From contig NC_092672.1 in assembly GCF_964355755.1 (NCBI RefSeq), positions 9,052,001 through 9,116,000 on the forward strand: 64,000 nt of DNA. The letters run 5' to 3'. Source of the DNA: Antedon mediterranea. Its lineage: Eukaryota; Animalia; Echinodermata. Every line of letters begins with the position of its first letter. Within the stretch, counting starts at the first letter, position 1. Under the pieces are notes generated by a model, which worked only from the letters and a program-made list of their open reading frames with translations, was not told where the DNA came from and did not search any database. The translations under genes were made by a program, and so were the position numbers. Shown one piece after another: positions 1 to 10,370 of the stretch.

Positions 1-2599
1 AAAAATAAGTCCATTTAAATTAAAATAAGAATTTGTTATACAAATACTGTTTTAATTAAATTATGTTTAAATGAAATATTTGAATTGTTTTGGCCTCTAG
101 CTAGTATTGACCCTAATTTTAGCCTACTAAAGGCATAGAATAGTTTTTAGTTAGTATAGGCCTACCTAGGCCCTAGTAATATGGTTTATCGCAAATAGTG
201 TGCGCATGACGGGAAGGATTTGGGAGCAAATGCATGACGCGTACATACATGATTGTTGTACTGTCTAGACGTTTGCTCCCAAACTCTTCCCAATCCCATC
301 GGCATCATGGATTTTGCAATGACGTTCCTCTTGAATTCAAGCCAGTTGCGATAAATAAACCTTGTGTTCTTGATTTTTAAATAATTTTAACCCTTGGCCT
401 ACTAGGCCTAAAGCCTACAAGCATAGATGGAGCTATAAAATTATATAAAAAATATAAACTAATTTTATACTTTATATAGCTCCCCATCCATGGACCATGC
501 TACAACAACTAACCCTGCCTGGCTTAGGCTCTAGTCTTAGCTTAAATCTATCCCGAACGACTAGAGAATCTCTCCGCCTAGCCTAGGCCTAGCATAGGTA
601 CCTAGCCTAGCTAGCCTAGGCTACCTGTCCTGCTGGGCCTATTCGGTCCTATTCCTAACTAGCCACAAGCTAGTCTGGCTGGGGCCTAGCCTATCCCGCC
701 TAGCCTACTCCTAGCTAGCCTTCCTAGCTAGGCCTAGCCAGCACATAAACAACAATAGAAACGCGGGCGATGTAGCCTATAATATACTTTTACCTAAAAG
801 CAGAGCCACAATAAATTAGTGTAGTTGTTATACATTTTGTAAACGTGTTTATAGGCAGGCTGTACACCACACACGACACACGAAAAAATAATGTGGAGTC
901 CTGTGGAGACCACGTGTGTGCATTTGCTCATTTTGCTTGCGTCGCCTGTGAAAATCAAAAGACAGCCCTCAACTATTGAGGGCTCTCTTTATACAATTCA
1001 GAAGATTTCTCATAGTTTCAACACACTAATTTTAATTAAAATTTGTTAGCTACAGTAGGCCTACAGGCATATTCCCACAGAACTACTCATTCAGAAGCTC
1101 TATCTAGCGGAAGCTATAGTTCTAGAGGCTGACAGTTTTGGAATATTGTAAACTCGTCCGGGTCATGCTCAAATTACAAACCCCAAGGCACGTCTGGAAG
1201 AAGATAATTCGCCGTCAGATAATCATTGAATTATGATCAAAACAGTCCATAGTAAAGTTTTTGTTTGTAATAGAATACAATTTGTTCACATTTGAATGTT
1301 CTTTATAAATTATATAGCACCTCACTGGCCATTTATCACTTGTTGACATCTATACTTGATGAAGTTACCCCCAGACTTGACCTTAGCAATACAGATAAAC
1401 TATTAACATATTAGATATAATCCACATTGGTGGTATTATTTGCTTTGAATGATTTGAATTAAATAAATTCAAAGTAGGATACTTTTTTCTATTTGTGTGT
1501 GGTTAAGTGAGCTATACACTACTATAATTTAGTTTATGATTGTATTTTTGTTGTACAGTAGGCCACACTATATTTACGTATACAAAATGTTTACTACTGA
1601 TTGTTGCATGCTGGAAGTCGTCGTTAATTGATTGTCATACAGAACATTCGAGGACGGGCTTTTCCGTTTTGTGATTTCTATGGTTCCCGGTTCTCATGTT
1701 ATTAACCTTTTAATCGTTTTTCCGGGATGCGAAATACAGTAAGAAACAAAAACAAAAAAAAATCACTTATAAAAAGACAAAAAAAAAAACCAGTAATTTC
1801 AACCAATTTCCCTTAATTTCTAAATCTCATTTCTTCCATTTTGTCTTTTTATTGTTTTTCTTTGTATTACCAGAAACAGAAGATACAACACTGCTTAAAA
1901 CTAAATTCTTCTAAAATAATAGAGAACCTGCAGTCACATACATTTGGAAATGAATTGAACGTATCTCCAACGTCAACAGGTTAGTAGGCCTACCTTTACG
2001 AATCGCAGAAACCTTGCCTAAGTGTCATATTTGGCGCTGTAATTTTAATTATTTCCATAATAATTATAATACGAAAAGATGAAGATAAAATTTAAATGGA
2101 ATCATAATCTTAGTTAAGTTTCACTTTAAACTAGAGGTGTTCCCATAACTTAACGTAAATTTTGTTTCACTGAAAAGTTGAGTGTCCCCTGAAAAGAGAT
2201 GTTTCAGAAAAGGTAATTTCTAATTTCCATTTATTTTTATATTAAAAATCAAATATGTTAAGATGGTTTATTGACCTGACTACTGTGCACAATTTGTGTA
2301 CATAATTTTTAATGGAAGGAGTGGTATGGTCTACCGCATTCCAGGACTTAGTTAGCACGTACTAAGGTGGAAATAAACGAAGAATATTCTAATTATGTTA
2401 CTTCATGACAGAAATTACTAATCTTCTGTATTATAAGTTTTGTTATTACGAACTTCCTGAAATAAACACGTATTTTTTTATACAGAGCGAAAACACGCCC
2501 TCTTTCATCAACAACTGTTATATAATAGTGTTATTTCTAGTAAACTGTTCATTATTGTTCTATGATATGATAGGACGCAGTGCCAGTGTTGAAATAAAG

Positions 2600-5500
2600 A
2601 TGTTTCGGTATTTTTATTCAGTTGTTTCATTGTCTCTTTGTTTCGTGTACGTTCAAAGTGAGTATAAATTGAAGTTATTTCTTTTTTAATAAGTTATAAT
2701 TCTAAATATTAACTTAATCATTTGAAGTATAAAACTAATTTAAAATATATGTATTGCGACATACTTAATTAATACTTAATGAAAGTTATGAATACTTCTT
2801 TATACTTACATTTTCCCTCTTACATATTTATATAATATTTGTATTTTTTAATGTATTTTTCAAATATAATAAATTAGCCTATAGTCGCAAATATTGTACC
2901 AGTATGTATACATACCTAATAATATTTCAAGATCGCTTATTGTTGATAACTTTCCCATCTATATTATAACATTACAAAATAACAAATTCTCATTTAAAAG
3001 AGATCCATATTGAATAAATAATGATTATCAATATTTTACATCAATACTATTTCTAAAAACAATGTTGGTAATGTTTGTTTTTTTAGCGGCAAAAATGCAT
3101 AATCTGAGGAGCCATGCACATCGAATGACTGCAGACGGTTGTAAGTAGACCTTTATCTCAATCTTCATAATAAGCTGAAAATAAAGTCTGATCTACACTA
3201 GCAAACTCTTTTTTTTTTTATAAACTCTGTGTTTGCTCACCCAATTCTGCAGCTGCCAAGAGGCTATGATTCGTATCTATGACTGTTGACAATCTACCTC
3301 ACGAGATGCAGAATAATTGTGGAATTCCCTACCAATTTTAAACAGTGTACTACGGTACTCTAAACTTCTCCAAGACCCAGTTGAAGTTTATTTTACCGGT
3401 TTTAATCATAAGTATACATTTACATTGAAACTAGTCAAACTATTGTTACAACTTGATTTTCCACCGTTTGAAGATACTCCTTAAATATACTGGAGGCTGC
3501 CCAACTGAGGATCACAAAAGATTGGTGACACTGAGCCTCATGGCAGCCTTCGGTAACAAAACCGTCTCCAACAACAAACAGTGGGCAACTCTGAGTTTTA
3601 AAAAAATTGTCTGATTACACACATGTTATCTGGTGGTTTGTTTCTCTTCGTTTATTTACAGTTCCAATAAATAAAAATAATGTTTATATCATAGGATATT
3701 TACAATTTTATTTTTATTCTCAGCTGATGAATACTCAAAGTATTGGAATGATTTGGCGGAAGATGAGCTGGAGAAGGCGTTACGTGCGCAAATTCTTAAT
3801 CAAAATGTTTCAAAAAATATGATATTGTTCGTTGGGAGTGGAATGGGCGTATCGACAGTGTCAGCAGGAAGAATTTTTGTAGGGCAACTTGCAGGCAAAA
3901 CGGGTGAAGAATTCCAACTATCATGGGAGACGTTCCCTCATGTAGCATTCAGTAAGGTGAGTTTAATAGGTAGGCCTAATACGATTTGTTGTTCAAATCA
4001 TACACCTTGACATACGTTGTTTGTATCCAGTACAAGATACTGTACTCTTACGTTTATGAGTTGCAACGGGTGTTGCAAGATTGAAAAAAACTAGCTGTAT
4101 CCGACATATACTAGTTTGGAACCAGATGACATTTTTTTGAACAACTTAAATGATACAGTATTCAATAAATTAAATCTTTTGTATTGTATACATTCGCTTC
4201 ATCCTCTCAGTGCTTCAAAAGTGTTCCTTTGGTGGATAAAATTATTTTTACCGAATGTCATCTGACATTATGATTGTTCTCTAATTGTTCTTCCTCATTC
4301 GGTAGTTTACTATAATGTCGTTTACACCAAAAACGTCGTTTACCAACGTTGTTTTAAATTAATTTAATTGTTTTACTGCACAGACTTATAACACGGATGC
4401 ACAAGTAGCTGATTCAGCAGGAACCGCGAGTGCTTTTTTAACCGGCGTAAAAACGAAGGCAGGTGTGGTAGGCCTAGATGATCACGCAGAGCGTGGAAGT
4501 TGTGCATCAACCGAATCAGCAGCAGTGGATTCAATTCTGCATCTAAGTCAAAGAGCAGGTTTGTTTAAGTTTACATACTGAGTGCAAGTACAAGGTGGAT
4601 TTTCTTTTTAAAAGTAAAAGATTTATAAATATTGCATTCTGGTTTGTAGGAATTCAAGGTGTTCAATCAATAATAAATACGTTTTTATCTGTGCATTTGT
4701 AGAAAAGTCGACTGGGATCGTTACAACTACGCGTGTGACTCACGGCACACCGGCTGCTGCATACGCAAAATCTCCAGATCGTAACTGGGAAAATAACAGC
4801 GACATACCGGATGCAGAGGCTGCATTAGGCTGCAAAGATATTGCTCTACAACTTGTGGAAGATGCTACAGGGATTCAGGTGAATATTTTTTTTATCTTTT
4901 GCCGCTATACGAGGGTTGACCATGGTAAATTAGCTGGGTTTGATTTTTTGTTTTAATACATCAGCTGCTGGTGTTTCTTATTAGCTGGACGTTTACTACA
5001 TTAGCGCTCGAGTATTAGTCAACATTAATGGTTGTTAGTAAATTAGCTGGCGTTTTCTAAGCGATTCTAACACGCATGATGAATCTATATTCTTGAAGAT
5101 ACAAATATGACACTAACTTAATGTATTCCATTGTATCATTTAGGTTGTTTTGGGAGGTGGCCGTCGTGAATTAACGCCAAGATCAACACGCGATCCTCAA
5201 AGCAGTGGGCATCATGGATATAGAACAGACAATCGAAATCTCATCGACGAATGGGTAGCACTACGGCCAGAAGAAACTACTCGTTATGTTTATAATAAAG
5301 GCCAATTCGACGATATTGATACGGACAAGATAGATTATTTGCTTGGTAAGACACTAAATAAAACTAAAAAATAAGAATTGATGATTTTGTCAACATTAGT
5401 AACTATTTGCTTGGTAAGAGTATTTAATATGACTTGATAATTTATTTACGACTTACATTAATAATACAATCATATCATGATCAATTAAACATATTTTTTT

Positions 5501-7742
5501 TGCAATTATTAAGAATGTTCGAAAACTGCGCATAGGTCTACATACCCAAAATTATTGTTACCGGTATACAATTACACTAAAAACTGATATCATAAGAACT
5601 CAAAAGTATACGTCTTTAGGAAAAGAATCTGCTAGTTTGAAAGGTGGTGATTGAAATGTAGTTATTATGAAAATAGTATTTTGTAACAGGAATTTTGATG
5701 TTGAAATTTTGATTACAGTAATTTTATCTCCAAGTAGGTCTATCGATCGTTTGACAAAACGTACTATAAAATACAAACATACGTGTATTTTGGAAAATAA
5801 CAAATTGTTTCATTTTACTTATTCGTCTTAAAAAACAAAAATACAAAGGTACAACAATAAGCTGGAAAACCAAAAGTGAACTAAATCATTGGCCTAAACC
5901 TTAGGCCTACATTGGCCTAAACCTTAGGCCTACATTGGCCTAAACCTTAGGCCTACATTGGCCTAAACCTTAGGCCTACATTGGCGTAAACCTTAGGCCT
6001 ACGTTGGCCTAAACCTTAGGCCTACTTTGGCCTAAACCTTAGACCTACATAGTTCCTTTTGTAGTAGAAACAGTGGCGTATAATTCGTAAATAAATGAAA
6101 TGGAACAAGATCGTGATCCTATAATTGTATAATTTTTAAGAGAAATGTGTCGTAAGGGAGATATGTGGCCTTACTTTTGAGTCATATTATTATTTGTGAG
6201 CTACAGTAGGCCTATATAAATATTTCCTTTGCTTTTTATAGGACTATTCGACCGTACACATATGAATTTTGAATCAGAGAGAGACACTTCATACGACGGT
6301 GACCCATCGTTAGAGGAGATGACAGAAAAAGCGATTCAGATATTACAAAAGAATGAAAAGGGATATTTCCTTATGGTTGAAGGTAAACATTATTTGCATA
6401 GAGTAATAATATATCTCAGTTGAAACGTATACAATATAAATTTCTCAAAGGTATACAGAGAAAATACAATTGTTACATCTGATCTTGTTTTATTAATACT
6501 TTACTGATATTAAAAAATTAAAAATATCAAAATTGCTCATGTCAGAGAGAGATTTTTAATTATACTTCTGTAATTTTTTTTTAATTGGCAGCATGGAGTG
6601 ACAGTTATTAGGCCTATTATTCAAATCATTTATTGGTTATATAACTTTACAATTACAATAGTCAAATTAATAAGCCTCAATATTCTTTGAAATGTTAATA
6701 ATTTATAACCTGTTAGTGGCGGTTTCATCGCTGTTGGTTGTCAACTGTAGAAAATAGAATAAAAAATAAATAAAATAATTTAAATATAACATTATTTGGA
6801 TATTTCAGGTGGTCGAATTGATCATGCTCATCACAGAGGAGAGGCGTATAATGCATTGAATGAATTGAATCAATTCCATTTGGCTGTTGCTAAGGCGAAA
6901 GAGATGACAAGTGAAGAGGACACATTGATTATAGTGACGGCAGATCACAGCCACACGTTATCATTTGGCGGTGATTACCCCGACAGAGGACATCCAATTC
7001 TAGGTACGAATCAACCACTTTATTACATCTGCACCATCTAAATGTTTACCTGTTTTTGTCACTTTTCCTCGTTTTTCAGTGGGTCAGAGTTGAATGTCTT
7101 ATGATTTTAAACTATCAATAATGTGTTTTTCCTCATTTAGGTAACAACATTGACGACAACGACGTATCTGATGACTTACCACATACCACATTGGCGTATG
7201 CAAATGGACCAGGTGGCGAGAAAGTATCTGAATCGTACAAAAAGTATGGTCACCGGCCAGATAACACAAGAGTTGATACAGGTAGAACAAATTTATTTAT
7301 AGTTCTTATATTTCTTAAAAGAAATGTAGGCGTATTGAATTAATACTATAATTCTAATGTAAATTGTATGATGATGTAATTGTCTGACGAGTTTTATAAA
7401 GATACTTACATAGCCGGCCTAGGTCCACCACACGACCCTTATGCAAAATGTATGAATCCGCGTGGCCTGGATTTCACTCATTTTGCTGGTACAGTTAGGC
7501 CTATAACCAAACTTTTATTAAATGTGTTTACAGAGGACGAAGAGTATGTGCGAGACGCATTAGTTCCACTCGACGAAGCTACGCATGGTGGTGAAGATGT
7601 TGTAATCTACGCCAGCGGACCAATGGCTCACTTATTCCACGGTGTCCATGAACAAAACTACATCATGCACGTAATGCAATACGCCTCATGTGTTGGTTAT
7701 AATAAAGAACATTGCGAGATCGTTGGCGGTGGAACCAAATGA
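2600..7742 (+). CDS. ALPL: Alkaline phosphatase-family protein, copy 1 (~527 aa); atypical: Asp->Ser at the Zn2/Mg ligand and no GPI signal
   Basis: Phase-consistent exons 2600-2657 (signal peptide [19 protein letters not shown]), 3087-3140 (candidate micro-exon), 3724-3956, 4384-4558 (VADSAGTA, catalytic Ser), 4703-4878 (VTHGTP, DRNWE), 5144-5345 (LGGGRR), 6242-6382 (LMVE), 6809-7003 ([15 protein letters not shown]), 7141-7281, 7534-7742 (THGGEDV). All introns are GT-AG; total 1584 nt, in frame. The symbol marks the family, not 1:1 orthology. Confidence 0.9.
5887..6050. repeat. 23-bp minisatellite, ~7 copies (CATTGGCCTAAACCTTAGGCCTA)
   Basis: Directly visible tandem array in an intron of ALP copy 1; each unit contains the inverted repeat GGCCTAA-acc-TTAGGCC. 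Confidence 0.95.
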
Positions 7743-10149
7743 TTCGACTCTACATTATCAAACATTTCTGTCTTAGTACTATCATTTAGTGTTTATTAGC
7801 ACCTGACTTAGTATTATATATAGAAAGAATTATACTAAAAAGTGGTCCAGAATTGAGACCGTGGTCCCAAAATTTAATGGAATGGTCCTTGACCACATAT
7901 CTATCTATATTTTCATTTTGGTAAAGATCTTGTAATTACTTTTTGAGTAATGCTGCTAACAGGATTATTCCTCCTTGGCGGAGGTAAATGAAGGGTTATT
8001 GGTGCTTGGTGTTTAAAATTATAATGCTAACAATCATGTGTAGAGCTGAATCTGTAGTCAATAATTATCACACATTCGACGAATTGTTTTTATATTTCCT
8101 GTTTTTTGGCAGGATGGTTTGTTATTGTGTAAGGAAATTATAATTTAGTAAAAGGAAAATTACCAAACTCTCTAATAGTCAATGATCAGTTAATAAAACG
8201 TGAAAAAATTGGTAGGCCAACATAATTATTTTGGTAGGCCTACATAATACTGTTTGATGCCCAGCTTTAAAAAATACGGTTGCTGGTATTCCACCCGAAT
8301 TATATATTACTGCTACCCTCGTCATCTACCCTACTCTGAACTTATTAAATGTAAGTTTCTAGCAAACTTTTCGTATTGGCTGTCTAGCTTTCAAGGCAGT
8401 TACCTCATCCGTATTTTCAAAATGCTTTTGGTTATATTTTGGCCATTTACCTAAAATTAGTATTTTAAAAATACAATTTAATTACAGAGTCACTATTTTT
8501 CTATTTTCTATTTTGATTATAATTTTCCTATCTCCGTAAACAATAACAAACACACTGTACTCAGGGATCACAATCCATCTATAAAAAAAAAGTAAATTTT
8601 TACATATTAATATACTCAACAGTTTTCTTTATATATGCATGACATTAGGCCTACTACAGATATTCTATAACTAAACTCCATTTCATTAACAATATGAACA
8701 TGGTATTTTTTTTCCTACAGTAGCGATATTTTTGTTGTAACTTAAAATGGAATTCAAGTATTTAAAAGACTTTCTTAAGAGCCACTTTCTTTGCAAATTA
8801 TCGTCTTTTAATTGCATATTGTATTCCAAAACCAAGTTAAAATTATCTCAATAAACAATCAAACATTTTAATCAATTAATGAATCAATAATAATTCATTT
8901 CTCAAATAAAAATAAAATACAATAAAATGAGAAAAGGGGTACCAGACTGGAAGCTTAAGCTTTTAAATGTGGGTCCAGGCAACAATATTTAAGTAAGGTA
9001 AAGGTTAATGAATGTTGTCATCTGTAAATGTTATTTCCTATTTTTTATTATACAGTATTAAGTCAATAATTTTACTTTTATGAAAATGTTATATATAGTA
9101 ATATAGTATTTTGAATGTATTTTATTTGTTAATTTCTGAAAAGCGCCTCTTTAAGTTAAAACTAACCTCTTGTAATAAAGTAATGCTGCAATAAATAACA
9201 GCTATATAGCCTACACATTCTCAGAAAATGTAATTTTGTTCGTTGTGTACTCAGTGAACTGTTCTAGTCATCTCTGTCATTGTCTGCTTTGATAAAGTGA
9301 ATGAACTATCAGTTATTATAGCCAGAATGACCAATAACCAATAGAATCAGACATTTCTCAGCGAGGGTTTATTTGAGGAAAAATAGGTTTTAAGTAAAAC
9401 CATAAATTGAATTTGTGTGACAAATTTCATATGGTGTAAGAAACCAACCACAAGCGATGATTATGTCGCTTTCGCTTGCCATTGGTCAACTCTATTGTGT
9501 TACCGTACGTCTCTATCTAGTAGGAACCACATGATTTATGTCATGTCGAAAGAGTAGGCCTACTTGTCCAACTACATTAAGGTCAAATGCTCAAATGGAA
9601 TTCCCGATATATAATTATATACAAATTATGTAAAATATATGCACTTTCTTCAAAACCATGGAAATAGTGCATGCATGGTATAAGTAGTCACACTATGGAT
9701 ATCTAGAGAAAATTCATGTTATACGGTAGTATCAGGGAACGGTGGAACTCTTCTCTGGTAGTTTCATACATTTCTAAAGTATAAAGTATAATAAACCAAA
9801 CTACATAAAAATACACACAAATGGCCAGTGTGTACCTTTAAAAATCATGAACGGAAACTCTTACATAGCTCTGAGATATTCATTTCTGTAATTGTAATTT
9901 TATTAACATTCAATGATTTCATTTATAATTCACTTCAATCATCGGACGATAAATATAAGCCGACGATAGATAAACATGTATAATAGTTTCCTTGCGGAAA
10001 ACCAAAGTAATCGAAGCTATAGCCTAACTATTTAACAATTTATGCTGTCTTTGATATACTATATTTTTAAATCCAATCAAATGACATGATCATGAACAAA
10101 GAACTAAATAAAAAACGCTGTATCGTCACGATATCATTGCTCTTACTAC

Positions 10150-10370
10150 TGATCGTGAGGTCGAGGTTCGAAATCTTGCTGCATTGCTTGTATTCTTAGG
10201 CAAGATACTTTACTTACGTTTGCCTCTCCCCCCCCCCCCCCCCAGGTGTATAAATGGGTACCCGGTTAAGGAAGTATTTTTCCATACGTGTTTGATCCAA
10301 AAAAATGACTGGTAATAATGTTCAGGGGTAATAATGTTCAGCGCTATATAAATCCAGGATATTATTATTA
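10150..10370 (+). mobile_element. tRNA-derived SINE-like relic
   Basis: B-box-like GGTTCGAAATC followed by a core ...CTTAGGCAAGATACTTTACTTACGTTTGCCTCTC..CCAGGTGTATAAATGGG, and an (ATT)n tail. An inverted homologous copy lies at ~16585-16720. Confidence 0.6.

Noticed and set aside
183-800. Possible first exons of a - strand gene leaving the window (donor-like sites at ~795 and ~249; MMPMGLGRVW...)
   Set aside because: The short frame overlaps an inverted repeat (211-232 / 271-291) that looks like a small MITE; there is no recognisable protein and nothing downstream to test it against.
3240-3600. Additional ALP exon or small gene in copy 1 intron 2
   Set aside because: Contains an LWNSLP-type LINE ORF2 tail fragment with stops and has no counterpart in the other ALP copies; too decayed to annotate.
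5887-6050. Palindromic 23-bp repeats resembling a CRISPR array
   Set aside because: Units are head-to-tail with no unique spacers, there are no cas genes, and the context is a eukaryotic intron.
10165-10180. tRNA gene suggested by a GGTTCGAA B-box (also at ~16670-16682)
   Set aside because: No cloverleaf or acceptor stem; it continues into a repeated SINE-like core.
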